Positions 53,399-64,000 of a stretch of DNA of 64,000 nucleotides are shown here, one piece after another. The notes under the pieces were generated by a model that saw only the letters and a list, made by a program, of their open reading frames with translations, searched no databases and was not told the origin of the DNA. The stretch lies in assembly GCA_965226555.1 (NCBI GenBank), contig CBDDDG010000002.1, forward strand, positions 64,001 to 128,000. The letters run 5' to 3'. The position numbers and the translations under genes are program-made. Numbering within the stretch: the stretch's first letter is position 1; each line of letters begins with the position of its first letter. The stretch is from Salinispira sp. Its GTDB lineage: Bacteria > Spirochaetota > Spirochaetia > DSM-27196 > Salinispiraceae.

Positions 53399-54523
53399 TT
53401 AATGCGATCCGTTCCGCACTGTCCGCATTTCCTCATCGCTCAGCCCGGTAATTCTCTGAACAGCCTCGGTCGACAACCCTTCCAAAAACATACTGCGGGC
53501 GTTTTTTCTCCGCTCCTCAATATGCCCCTCCGCGCGACCTGTCTGTAGTCCTTCCTGCCGACCTGTTTGCAATCCTGTCTGTAGGCCTTCCTGCCGACCT
53601 TCTTCACGGCCTTCCTGCCGACCTGTTTGCAATCCTTCCTGCCGACCTGTCTGAAGTCCTGTCTGCAATCCTTCTTCACGACCTGTCCGCAGTCCTTCCT
53701 GCCGACCCATTTCCGCAATGTGCGCTCTGAATGTTTCCGCATTCATTCTGAACATTTTCGCTACCTCCTTACCTCTCGGTTCTTTTGTTCTTTCTAACTG
53801 GTTCATTAACGTGTCAAAGTCTATAACAATTCCGAACATTGAATCTACCACGCCGACAAATTCCTCTATCAGCTCCAGCGATTCTTCATTCAGCATTTCT
53901 GCTATCGCGTTCTCCACCTTCCGAATGTCCCAATCCGTATTCAGCAGATTTTTCGAGTACAGATCAAGGTACATAACAGCCGCAAACATTCTTCCCCGCT
54001 GCTGCAACTGCTCCGCAGAATAATCGTTCTCACTTATCAGATCGTAGGGAAAGGGGGCAAGATACTGCGGGAATTCCCGCTTCCGTTGCTCTCTGACATT
54101 CCCGGGCACCTTCCATTTTCTCGTACCATTATAGAATACAATGGGCAGAAATACCAACTCGCAGTCATCGGGAATTGCGCCGGAGCGGTGAATGTTCCGA
54201 TAGAGCAGATTCGTATATTCCGACATGCGGAGGGGCATGTCTTTGTCCACTCCGGACTGATGCTCAAGGAGCACATAGATAGCAACATCTCCCGTGTGAT
54301 CCCGACTCCTGATTTTGCAGACAATGTCGGCCATCCGTGTTTTTGCATGGTCAATGAAAAAGGTACCGTTTTCAATGGTTATGTCCTCGGTTCGCAATTT
54401 TTTCGTCCATGCGCCTCCGACAAAGCGTTGAAGAAATTGGAGCATTATTGCGGGTTGGAACAGCAGGGAGCGGTAGCCTTGGTCGTAGGGAACGGGGGCG
54501 GGTTTTTCTTTGAAATCGATCAT
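53399..54523 (-). CDS. Rpn subfamily A, copy 6 (374 aa)
   Basis: Paralog; leader lacks the palindrome. Confidence 0.9.
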   Translation of the reverse strand: MIDFKEKPAPVPYDQGYRSLLFQPAIMLQFLQRFVGGAWTKKLRTEDITIENGTFFIDHAKTRMADIVCKIRSRDHTGDVAIYVLLEHQSGVDKDMPLRMSEYTNLLYRNIHRSGAIPDDCELVFLPIVFYNGTRKWKVPGNVREQRKREFPQYLAPFPYDLISENDYSAEQLQQRGRMFAAVMYLDLYSKNLLNTDWDIRKVENAIAEMLNEESLELIEEFVGVVDSMFGIVIDFDTLMNQLERTKEPRGKEVAKMFRMNAETFRAHIAEMGRQEGLRTGREEGLQTGLQTGRQEGLQTGRQEGREEGRQEGLQTGLQTGRQEGLQTGRAEGHIEERRKNARSMFLEGLSTEAVQRITGLSDEEMRTVRNGSH

Positions 54524-54976
54524 ATAATCCTCCTGAACGTTTCTTTCTGAATAGGGGAGCTCCCATGGCGACATGGTCCCATGGTGAATTCTCCCCTCTA
54601 TATATGTGACGGGTAAAAAGTCATTTTTGATTGTGTTTTTTGAAAGAATTTTGCAAAATTTGTGAATTTTTTTCAGGGAGTCGGGAATGGGGGGCTGGTA
54701 TGCTCTGTATCGATACGATCTATGCTCCCGGGAACAATGCTCAGCGCGAGGTTTTTGTAAAAAGTTTCTATTATTTTGAGATATTGACCTAACCCCGCCG
54801 CTTGGGCGAGCCGGATGCTTGGGCGAGCAGGCGTGCAACGCCGATCAACCCAGGAGGTGCAAGCCTCCGACCAGCCCGGCTGCATGGCGAGCAGCGCGGA
54901 AGCGCGACCAGCCCCCGCGCCTGCCTGAGTTGAATTGCCGCTTCTCAATAGTTACTGCGGGCTATGGGTTATGAAA

Positions 54977-56517
54977 CTAATACCATGACGGAAAATTTGG
55001 TTGCACCCCATCAGTCATGGTATCCGTATCCACAGCAGCCAGGCCGGAACCCGTAAACATACCGTTTTTGGTTCCAGTGTATTTGCCATTGTCATTGAGC
55101 TTGTTGCCAGTTTCGGGCGTCCAATGTGCTTTCCACTCCTCAAGATCACCGGTAAATGCGCGTGCAAAATAGAACATAGAGCCCATAGTCGTTACCGAAC
55201 TGACATCCCAACCGGAAATGTTGCCATTGAATGCGTTTGCGTTAGAGAACATAAAGCGCATATCCGTTACCGCGCTGACATTCCAACCCGAGATATTGCC
55301 ATTGAATGCGCTTGCGCTATTGAACATATTGGACATATTCGTTACCGTGCTGACATCCCAACTGGAAATGTCGCCATTGAATGCAGTTTTATCCTTGAAC
55401 ATCTCGGACATGTCCGTTACTGCCGTGGTAACAATGTAGTTGAGATTGGCAGTATTGCCCCAAGTATCTATCCCTTCAGTTACCGCTGTTTTCAGTTCAT
55501 CATTATCTTGAGGACTCAGGGTAACAGAGAACTTTTCGGTGGCAAACAGTTCGATTCCTCCGTCTGCGCCCGATACCTCATATGTTCCGGGGCTTGTATG
55601 TGCGGTAACCATAATAATTCCGGTAGTTTCATCAACTGTCGGGAGGGCGACATCTGCGGGTGTCGTTGGGGTGGTGACCGCAGCCAAAGTAACGGTTGGA
55701 TTATTCGCATTGATAATTGCGTCATCAATATCATCCGAAAGAATGACGGATACTGCCGTACCCGCGGGAACCTCTGTCGCAACAGTCGGCAGTATTGCTG
55801 TTGCGGGTTCAGACCATGAACCACCGTAAATGCCGTTGACCGCACGCACCTGCACATCGTAGCTGGCGCCGTTTGTCAGCCCCATAATGGTATCGGTGGT
55901 GGTATCGGCATCAGTTGTCCGCTGAGTAACAGCGGGAGCATCCGTCCAGAGATCAGAGGTCAGCTTATACTCCAGTTCATATCCGGTAATGTCGCTGCCT
56001 TCATTGTATGGAGCTGTCCATTTCACCGTCAGACGACCATTACCGAGTATAACCAGTATTGCAGGAGCGGCAGCAGTTATGACCAGTTCACCTGTTGCGG
56101 ATTCAGACCAGGGGCCATTGCCAATGTCATTGACAGCACGTACCTGTACGCGGTAACTGATTTTTTTGTGTGTTAGTGGGGTTATGGTGTAGCTGGTGTG
56201 TGTTCCGATGTCGGAGATAATTTCCGTCCATGTGGTTCCGCCGTCTGAGCTATGGCGCAGATGATAGGCGGTAATTTCGCCATCGCCGCTTTTTTCCGGC
56301 GGAATCCAGCTAACCGTTAGTTGATCATTCCCCGCTACAAGGGTTGGAGCAGCCATGGTGCCCGGCGTCATTGGTTCCGGTTCCGTCATTGGATCGGGTT
56401 TTGGCGTTGGATCGGGGTCCATGTCCATCACTGGACATCCGGCAAGCAGCGCAATGAACATTGCGCATAATAGGAAGAGGGTTACCCCCCCTTTTTTTTC
56501 AATAACGTAGTTCGCAT
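54977..56517 (-). CDS. FN3 + BspA/DUF285 lipoprotein copy 4, frameshifted at an A8G7 tract in the signal peptide
   Basis: GAGGT + ATG 56517 reads MRTTLLKKKGG-stop; +1 nt (or a -1 ribosomal shift) joins ...VTLFLLCAMFIALLAGC. Confidence 0.85.
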
Positions 56518-56704
56518 AATTTTATACCTCTTTTTTATGCTATAATAGAAAGTTTTGCATTTTGCAAAATTTTTTAATAGTTTTCATCGGCATTTCCGAC
56601 TGTTCCTGCGCCTATCGGTACAATATATCAGTTCGAAAAGCCGTATTATAAGTTATATCACATTGGGAAAGCACAATCAAGAAAAAAAGCAGTCCACGGA
56701 TTTT

Positions 56705-56819
56705 CCCGGACGCATGGCGAGCAGGCGTGCAACGCCGACCAGCCCGGACGCATGGCGAGCAGGCGTGCAACGCCGACCAGCCCGGACGCATGGGCGAGCA
56801 GGCGCGCAGCGCCGACCAG
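56705..56819. repeat. 38-bp GC-rich tandem repeat x3
   Basis: cccggacgcatggcgagcaggcgtgcaacgccgaccag at 56705, 56743 and 56781. Confidence 0.9.
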
Positions 56820-56884
56820 CCCCCCGCGCCTGCCTGAGTTGAATTGCCGCTTCTCAATAGTTACTGCGGGCTATAAAACTGCTC

Positions 56885-57115
56885 CTAATATGCTAATGAC
56901 CATGACGGCTTATTATTGTACACGCCGGAATTCCAAAACGTAAGGAGTTGGGCTCCGGTGTATTTGCCATCATCGAGCGTCAAATGATACTTCCATTCCT
57001 CAAGGTCTCTATTGAATGCTCTTGCGTTAAAGAACATATAGTTCATATTCGTTACCACGCTGACATCCCAACCGGAAATATCGCCATTGAATACGATTGC
57101 TCCATAGAACATATA
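56885..57115 (-). pseudogene. 3'-only remnant of a BspA/DUF285 gene
   Basis: FNGDISGWDVSVVTNMNYMF...FNRDLEEWK...PSW; followed by the same 3' flank as full copies. Confidence 0.8.
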
Positions 57116-57338
57116 GAATATATATTGCATAATACCGCAGAAGGCAGGATGCGGCGCACGTATGGTTGAATTCGCCTACACACTTTATTTAAAATTGACA
57201 TTTCCCCCTAAATGCGTTATCCTGTATTACAGGGACTTTCTGAAACTGTTATACTACCCGTTGTTACACGATGGGTGGGAGCAGTCGGGAATTAAATTAC
57301 CTGAGAAAAAATACTATTTAAGCATAAGGAGTTAAATT

Positions 57339-60173
57339 ATGCATATTACATTACCTAAAGGGAACACCTTTTTCGTATTCTGCGCAATTTTTATTATATT
57401 GATTGCTGGATGTCCAACACCGGTAGATATTGCAACCCCGCCGGGTACCATGGTTGCTCCAACCCTCACAGCAGGGAACGGGCAATTAACGGTTGCATGG
57501 ACTGAGCCAACTGATGGCGGCAGCGCCATTACCGCGTATCACCTTCGCCATAGCGCGGACGGCGGTACCAACTGGTCGGACATTATTAATGTCGCCGCTT
57601 CAGCCACAAGCAGCATCATCCCTGAACTGAGCAACGGTACCCCGTACAGTGTACAGGTTCGTGCCGTAAACGCGCGGGGAGAAGGCAAATGGTCGGAATC
57701 GAGCGCAGAAGCAGTTCCTGTTGCTGTTCCCATGGCGCCGACTGGTCTCGCTCTCACAGTGGGAAATGGAAAACTTACCGCAACATGGGCGGAATTAGAG
57801 CCGACCGACACTGGCGGCAGCCCTATCCTTCATTATGCAGTGGAACACCGCGAACCAGAAGCCGAGTGGCCGCAAACTCCCAGTGCATCCACCGCCGATG
57901 CCGGCACCCTGACCCTCGACATCCCCAACCTGAAAAACGGCACCGAGTACGAAGTACGGGTATACGCTGTCAATGATCAGGGAGATGGAAACCGATCAGA
58001 AATTGCAGCGGCAACCCCTGCCACCGTTCCTGATAAGCCGAACGCTCCAACCCTCACAGCGAGAAATGAGCAACTTACCGCAACATGGACTGCGCCGGAC
58101 AATGGCGGAAACGCTATTATTCGGTATGAAGTGCAGTATCGCACCTCCAGCCCGCAAGGACAGTGGACGACTTCTTCGTCTGCCGATTCTGATGTTACTG
58201 ATACAAGCCACACCGTCACAGGACTAACAAACGGTACCACGTACGAAGTACAGGTGCGCGCCGTGAATTCGGTGGCTGAGGATGCGGGAAATGGCCCGGG
58301 AGTTGGCGCATGGTCAACATCATCTGCCTCCGCAACCCCTGTTGACGTTCCCAAGGCGCCGACTGGTCTCGCTCTCACAGTGGGAAATGGGAAGCTTACT
58401 GCATCATGGACTGCGCCGACCGACACTGGCGGCAGCGACATTACCGGGTATGCAGTGCAATATCGCACAGGCGGCGGAGCATGGTCTGCGCCAATTAGCG
58501 CTGGTACAAGCACAAACCACGAAATCCCCAACCTGAAAAACGGCACCGAGTACGAAGTACGGGTATACGCTGTCAATGATCAGGGAGATGGAAACCGATC
58601 AGAAATTGCCGCGGCAACCCCTGCCACCGTTCCTGCTAAGCCGAACGCTCCAACCCTCACAGTAGGAGATAGGCAACTTACCGCAACATGGACTGCGCCG
58701 GACAATGGCGGAAACGCTATTATTCGGTATGAAGTGCAGTATCGCACCTCCAGCCCGCAAGGACAGTGGACGACTTCTTCGTCTGCCGATTCTGATGTTA
58801 CTGATACAAGCCACACCGTCACAGGACTAACAAACGGTACCACGTACGAAGTACAGGTGCGCGCCGTGAATTCAGTGGCTGAGGATGCGGGAGTTGGCGC
58901 ATGGTCAACATCTGCGACAGAAACCCCCGATGTTGCTCCCACTGCGCCGACCGCTCTCACGCTTGACGTAGGGAATAAGCGGCTTGTCGTTAACTGGGCT
59001 GCGCCGAGCGACAACGGAGGTACGCCCATTATCAGGTATGAACTGGAATATAAGCTGATCTCTGGCAGCTGGGATACTTCTAACGATGTTACTCAGCCTG
59101 TAATTGTCGCTGGTACCACCACACATACCATTGATATGCTGACGAACGGCAACACCTACAATGTACGGGTTCGTGCCGTCAACGGAGTCAATAATGTGAT
59201 CAACGAGGGCGTCTGGTTAACGTCAACAGCAATGCTGCCGGCTTCGGTTGTTGATGCGAAAGCGGGAAGTTCTCGGGATGAGGCAGACGTTTCCCAGGGT
59301 ACGGCAGCGTCCGTTATCCTTTCGGCTAATATTGATGTCCTTATTGCCGATGCTGTGAATCCAACCATTACCTTAACTCCGGTAACCACCCCAATCCCAT
59401 ATGTGCCACCTACGCCCGGCGTGCCCAACTCGGGCTCGACGAATAATGTAACGCAAGATGCCACCCTGCCGACGGTTAATGCGCGTACCGGACTTATTAC
59501 GGTTACCGCAAGTACAACGGCAGGAACCTATACAGTATCTGGTGAAGACGGAAGCGGAGCCGAGGTGTTTCCCACCAAGTATTTCTATGTTATCGTGAGT
59601 CCCTCAACTAAAGCTGCCCTTGACACAGCGGTACGTACGGGAATAGAAATCTGGGGCAATGCTGCCGATCTCAACTACATTATTACCACGGGAGTAACGG
59701 ATATTCATTCGATTTTCAATCGCGGAACCAAAACAACGGGGGGTGGAGTTGCCACAACGGCATTCAATGGCGATATCTCCAAATGGGATACTACATCGGT
59801 TACGAATATGTCCTATTTGTTCAAGGCCGCAATCGCATTCAATGGCGATATCTCGGGCTGGGATGTCAGTTCGGTAGAGAATATGGACAGTATGTTCAAT
59901 GGTGCAAACGCATTCAATGGCGATATCTCTGGGTGGGATGTCAGTTCGGTTGCGAATATGAGCAATATGTTCAATTCTGCACTCTCATTTAAGGGTAATC
60001 TTAACGACTGGGCCTATAATAACTCGGTTGACCCTGCAGTTACATGGAAGACTACTGATGGTGGTGGTAAATGGGATAATGGCACATATACCGGAACCAA
60101 AACAGGTATGTTTACGTTTACTGGTACTAGTACCGCCGTACCGGGAACCTTTACGATTCCGACATGGTATTAG
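57339..60173 (+). CDS. FN3 (six) + BspA/DUF285 lipoprotein copy 5 (intact)
   Basis: AAGGAG RBS, LIAGC lipobox, FN3 array with internal duplication, DUF285 repeats. Confidence 0.9.
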   Translation: MHITLPKGNTFFVFCAIFIILIAGCPTPVDIATPPGTMVAPTLTAGNGQLTVAWTEPTDGGSAITAYHLRHSADGGTNWSDIINVAASATSSIIPELSNGTPYSVQVRAVNARGEGKWSESSAEAVPVAVPMAPTGLALTVGNGKLTATWAELEPTDTGGSPILHYAVEHREPEAEWPQTPSASTADAGTLTLDIPNLKNGTEYEVRVYAVNDQGDGNRSEIAAATPATVPDKPNAPTLTARNEQLTATWTAPDNGGNAIIRYEVQYRTSSPQGQWTTSSSADSDVTDTSHTVTGLTNGTTYEVQVRAVNSVAEDAGNGPGVGAWSTSSASATPVDVPKAPTGLALTVGNGKLTASWTAPTDTGGSDITGYAVQYRTGGGAWSAPISAGTSTNHEIPNLKNGTEYEVRVYAVNDQGDGNRSEIAAATPATVPAKPNAPTLTVGDRQLTATWTAPDNGGNAIIRYEVQYRTSSPQGQWTTSSSADSDVTDTSHTVTGLTNGTTYEVQVRAVNSVAEDAGVGAWSTSATETPDVAPTAPTALTLDVGNKRLVVNWAAPSDNGGTPIIRYELEYKLISGSWDTSNDVTQPVIVAGTTTHTIDMLTNGNTYNVRVRAVNGVNNVINEGVWLTSTAMLPASVVDAKAGSSRDEADVSQGTAASVILSANIDVLIADAVNPTITLTPVTTPIPYVPPTPGVPNSGSTNNVTQDATLPTVNARTGLITVTASTTAGTYTVSGEDGSGAEVFPTKYFYVIVSPSTKAALDTAVRTGIEIWGNAADLNYIITTGVTDIHSIFNRGTKTTGGGVATTAFNGDISKWDTTSVTNMSYLFKAAIAFNGDISGWDVSSVENMDSMFNGANAFNGDISGWDVSSVANMSNMFNSALSFKGNLNDWAYNNSVDPAVTWKTTDGGGKWDNGTYTGTKTGMFTFTGTSTAVPGTFTIPTWY

Positions 60174-60569
60174 TAGTTTCATAACCTAACCCGCAGGGCC
60201 ATCAAAGCCCTGCGATTTTTAGCTCCGGCGGGCGGGCTGGTCGGAGGCTTGTGCCTCCTGGGCTGGTCGGCGTTGCACGCCTGCTCGCCCGGGCATCCGG
60301 TTCGCCCATGCGTCTGTTGCTGAGACGGTGAGCTGATACGGTGTTGCTCGCCCATGCGTCTGGAACAGATTAAATTAAACAGGAGTTGCAGCGCGACCCG
60401 CGTTGTAGCTCCTGTCTGCATAAACTCTCGCGCCAGATCCTGAACTGCCTGTTCATCATGCTCGGATGTTTCCGGGAACATACCCTTCTAAAAAAATAAT
60501 TACAAAATTTCTCATTGTATCATTCACCATTCATATTTGACCTGTCTATATGGTATGGGGAAAAATTAT

Positions 60570-61441
60570 ATGAAAAAATCATCCCACAGCAAAGGCCATA
60601 TCCACGACATAGCCTTCAAGATCGCCTACTACAGAACCCCCCGTATGATTCTCGACCTGCTACGGCTGTTCTGTGAGGATACAACGCTTGCCAAGCTGGA
60701 TCTGGACAAAAAGCAGTTGATATGGCGTTCCGATGAAAAACGATATACATCAACTGCGTTGTGGTATATAATGCGAGACAATAACAAAGTTTTTCCTAAA
60801 GGAAAAACTTTCTATACCGTGAGAGAATCAAGAGTATAGATGAGAGAATCCTCATTTGAAAATTGTGCAGAGCACAATTTTCAGTGAAATGGATGCTGAG
60901 GGGCTGAAAGAGATTGCGCAGCTCCTGAACGGTTTGTCTTCACAAGACTTTACTGATCTAGCAGAGAGTGTGCTAGGATATATCAAAGATATAGATCCAA
61001 AACTGTATGAACAGTTTGAGAAAATTGACAGGGAACTGTTCCCTAGACAAAGTTTTGCCACAGGCAAAACTTTCTACAAAATGAGAGAATGCCAAGCGCA
61101 ACGAGGCATGCCAAATGTGAAACTTTTGCTACTGGAAATTGTGCTCTGCACAATTTTCCAATGCAAAAGTTTCAGTAGGAGAAAACAGTATGCGGACATA
61201 TAATATTACCAACGCCTTCGTCAGGGAAGGGATTGCGAAGGGCCGGATTGAGGGTCTTGAGCAGGGAATGGAGAAAGGAATGGAGAAAGGAATGGAGAAA
61301 GGAATGGAGAAAGGAATGGAGAGAGGCATTCGAGAAACGGCTCGCAGTATGTTTTCCAAAGGATTTTCAGCCCATGACATTCAGGATGTTACCGGGCTGA
61401 GCGATGAGGAAATGCGGACAGTGCGGAACGGATCGCATTAA
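60570..61441 (+). pseudogene. Rpn subfamily B, copy 4: internal deletion + inserts 2 and 3; RpnS-like ORF 61190-61441 intact
   Basis: LDLDK joined directly to KQLIWRSD (catalytic core deleted); GMEK repeats. Confidence 0.8.
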
Positions 61442-61582
61442 TTGGCGCCGAACGGCCTATTCGCCAACTGTGGCAGGTAATTGATGTTCTCAGGTATGCG
61501 CCGTACACGCCACGGTCAGCATAAGGATATTGAAGCACGGTTAAAATCTGGAGTATAGTAGCGGAATACTATTACCAAAGTT

Positions 61583-61611
61583 TTGCAAAATGCAAAAGTT
61601 TCTATTACTAT
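61583..61611 (+). promoter_or_regulatory. Putative sigma70 promoter for leuS within a short palindrome
   Basis: TTGCAA-17 nt-TACTAT; palindrome aaagttttgcaaaatgcaaaagttt. Confidence 0.6.
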
Positions 61612-61646
61612 AGTCGATTATCCTTTTATCATTTGAAGAAGGCGCC

Positions 61647-64000
61647 GTGAAAAAATATCCGTTCAGAGACATTGAAGCAAAATGGCAGAAATACTGGGAA
61701 GAACACGAGACATTCCGCGTTACTGAAGACAGTTCCTTCCCGCCGGAAAAAAGGAAATATATACTCGATATGTTTCCCTATCCATCCGGTTCCGGTCTGC
61801 ATGTCGGACACCCTGAAGGATACACCGCAACCGATATTTACTCCCGATATCTCCGCATGAACGGAAACAATGTGCTCCACCCCATGGGCTTCGACAGTTT
61901 CGGTCTTCCCGCAGAAACCTACGCCATTGAGACCGGCACCCATCCCCGAAAAACCACCGAGGTCAACATTGCCACCTTCCGGCGCCAGCTGAAACAGCTT
62001 GGCTTCAGTTACGACTGGAGCCGTGAAATTTCGACCCATGAGTCGGAATATTACCGATGGACACAGTGGATATTCCTCACACTCTGGGAGAAGGATTTGG
62101 CATATATCGCAGAAGTACCCGTCTGGTATTGTGAAAAACTGGGGACGGTGCTTGCCAATGAAGAGGTTATTACAACACCTGAGGGTCCGCGTTCAGAAAG
62201 AGGGCTTCATCCTGTTGAGCGAAAGCCTCTTCGGCAATGGATGCTGCGGATAACGCACTATGCTGAGCGTCTTCTCACGGATCTTGATAATCTTGATTGG
62301 CCTGAATCGCTGAAAACCATGCAGCGTAACTGGATTGGCAGATCTGAGGGGGCAAATGTCCGCTTCGATATTGACGGACTTTCTGAATCGATTGAAACAT
62401 TCACCACCCGGCCGGATACCCTCTTCGGGGCAACCTACATGGTACTCGCTCCCGAGCATCAGTTTGTGCACAGCATCACCACCAATGAACAACGCAAAGC
62501 CGTTGAAGAATATATTCAGAAAACCGCGCTGAAAAGCGACCTTGAACGTACCGATCTTGCCAGAGAAAAATCCGGCGTCTTCACCGGCGCGTATGCCATT
62601 AATCCGGTGAACAGGGAACGCATTCCCATTTGGATATCGGACTACATTCTCATCAGCTACGGAACAGGGGCTATTATGGCCGTACCGGGGCATGATGAAC
62701 GCGACTGGGAATTTGCGAAGCGTTTTCACCTGCCTGTTGCGCGGGTTGTGGTTCCCGAATCCGAATTGCCTGCCGACTCTGCCGACCCTCACATGGACAG
62801 GGTATTTACCGGTAAGGGAATTTCCGTAAATTCCGGAATCATTACCGGACTGCCGACAGATGAGGCAAAAGAGCGCATTATTGAATGGCTGGAAAAGCGG
62901 GGACGGGGCACCCGCACTATCAACTACAAACTTCGCGACTGGATTTTCAGCCGCCAACGCTACTGGGGAGAACCTATTCCCTTAGTCAGGGGGGAAGACG
63001 GTAAGTATACTGCCATGCCGGCCGATGAACTCCCCCTTACCCTGCCTGAAGTAGATTCCTATAAACCAGCCGGCACCGGTGAAAGCCCCTTGGCAAACCT
63101 GCGCAACTGGGTTGAAAGCGAAATCCCCGGACAGCCCGGCACCCGCGGCCGCCGGGAAACCAGTACTATGCCGCAGTGGGCAGGCAGCTGCTGGTACTAT
63201 CTCCGCTATATCGATCCGCATAACAGGCATGAACTCGCCGCTCAGGACAAAATTGCGTACTGGATGCCTGTCGACCTCTATGTCGGCGGAACCGAACACG
63301 CCGTGCTCCACCTTCTCTATGCCCGGTTCTGGCATAAGGTACTCTACGATGCAGGGGTCGTGAACACCATTGAACCCTTCCAGCGGCTTGTGAACCAGGG
63401 CATGATCACTTCGCATGCCTATCAGCGCCCCGACTCCACGCTTGTTCCCAGTGATGAGGTAGAAGAATATGAGCAGGGTAAATTTCGGGAAAAGAGCAAT
63501 GCCGCAGAATTGAAGCAGGTTGTCGCAAAAATGTCCAAAAGTCTCAAAAATGTTATTAACCCCGATGACATCATTACGGACTACGGCGCCGATTCCATGC
63601 GGCTCTATGAGATGTTTATGGGACCTCTTGAGCAGTCGAAGCCCTGGTCAACTCAGGGACTCATTGGCGTTCACCGCTTTCTCGACAGGGTCTGGCACAC
63701 GGCGCACAAGCCCATGACCGCCGCCCCGACGGACGCCGCTGTCCCGCCAGACGCCGCGCCATCCCCGCCTGCCGCATCTCCGCTCCTCAAGACACTGCAC
63801 AAAACCATCAAAAAAATCAGTAAAGATACTGCCGAACTTCATTTCAACACCGCCATCAGCCAGATGATGATATTCATTAACGAGGCACACCGATTGGAAA
63901 CCCTCGATACTGAAATATGGAAAACATTCCTCCTCCTTCTTGCTCCTTATGCTCCCCACCTTGCCGAAGAACTCTGGGAAATGGCAGGCGGGCATGAGAG
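61647..64000 (+). CDS. leuS: Leucine--tRNA ligase (runs off the window end)
   Basis: GTG 61647: [16 protein letters not shown]...[31 protein letters not shown]. Confidence 0.96.
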   Translation, partial: MKKYPFRDIEAKWQKYWEEHETFRVTEDSSFPPEKRKYILDMFPYPSGSGLHVGHPEGYTATDIYSRYLRMNGNNVLHPMGFDSFGLPAETYAIETGTHPRKTTEVNIATFRRQLKQLGFSYDWSREISTHESEYYRWTQWIFLTLWEKDLAYIAEVPVWYCEKLGTVLANEEVITTPEGPRSERGLHPVERKPLRQWMLRITHYAERLLTDLDNLDWPESLKTMQRNWIGRSEGANVRFDIDGLSESIETFTTRPDTLFGATYMVLAPEHQFVHSITTNEQRKAVEEYIQKTALKSDLERTDLAREKSGVFTGAYAINPVNRERIPIWISDYILISYGTGAIMAVPGHDERDWEFAKRFHLPVARVVVPESELPADSADPHMDRVFTGKGISVNSGIITGLPTDEAKERIIEWLEKRGRGTRTINYKLRDWIFSRQRYWGEPIPLVRGEDGKYTAMPADELPLTLPEVDSYKPAGTGESPLANLRNWVESEIPGQPGTRGRRETSTMPQWAGSCWYYLRYIDPHNRHELAAQDKIAYWMPVDLYVGGTEHAVLHLLYARFWHKVLYDAGVVNTIEPFQRLVNQGMITSHAYQRPDSTLVPSDEVEEYEQGKFREKSNAAELKQVVAKMSKSLKNVINPDDIITDYGADSMRLYEMFMGPLEQSKPWSTQGLIGVHRFLDRVWHTAHKPMTAAPTDAAVPPDAAPSPPAASPLLKTLHKTIKKISKDTAELHFNTAISQMMIFINEAHRLETLDTEIWKTFLLLLAPYAPHLAEELWEMAGGHE

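Noticed and set aside
53399..54838. Extended N-termini of RpnA ORFs (also 17508, 26213, 27871) and of mgtC, lpoB and NUDIX
   Set aside because: The extensions run through leader or palindrome sequence; SD-like sites support the shorter starts
56705..56819. 38-bp repeats as a CRISPR array
   Set aside because: Head-to-tail with no spacers
56885..57130. DGR template repeat for the DUF285 genes
   Set aside because: No reverse transcriptase in the window, and differences from full copies do not appear adenine-restricted
61629..63995. Listed short ORFs in this region
   Set aside because: Shadows of leuS, which the ORF track omits because it has no stop inside the window

Overview
Bacterial chromosomal window, probably from a host-associated spirochaete-like lineage (inference only). 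Housekeeping genes: tRNA-Cys, thioesterase, NUDIX, ravA/viaA, lpoB, GAF/HD-GYP, glnA, a DUF2156-GlnE fusion, tkt, leuB, a TRAP+GDPD operon, mgtC, hisA/hisE, yccA and partial leuS. Two expanded accessory families are interleaved with them. The first is five FN3 + BspA/DUF285 surface lipoprotein genes plus one 3' remnant; two are switched off by homopolymer frameshifts in the signal peptide. The second is ten Rpn (PD-(D/E)XK) nuclease genes of two subfamilies, each with an internal Shine-Dalgarno + ATG for a C-terminal repeat protein (RpnS-like). Four of the five lipoprotein genes are directly followed by a co-oriented Rpn gene. A family of nested AT-rich palindromes (about 27, 54 and 103-127 bp) is the most unusual signal. 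It interrupts all subfamily-B Rpn genes at shared sites, although those genes still diverge mostly at synonymous positions, and elsewhere it forms the -35/spacer of putative sigma70 promoters. Also present are an IS30 element with a 3-bp TSD, an MTase/Fic-remnant/HEPN-MNT/YhcG islet, and a 21-bp-direct-repeat-flanked AT-rich island encoding a NYN(PIN) protein plus a NACHT-like NTPase (candidate defence system). All calls come from reading the sequence and ORF track; no searches were run.
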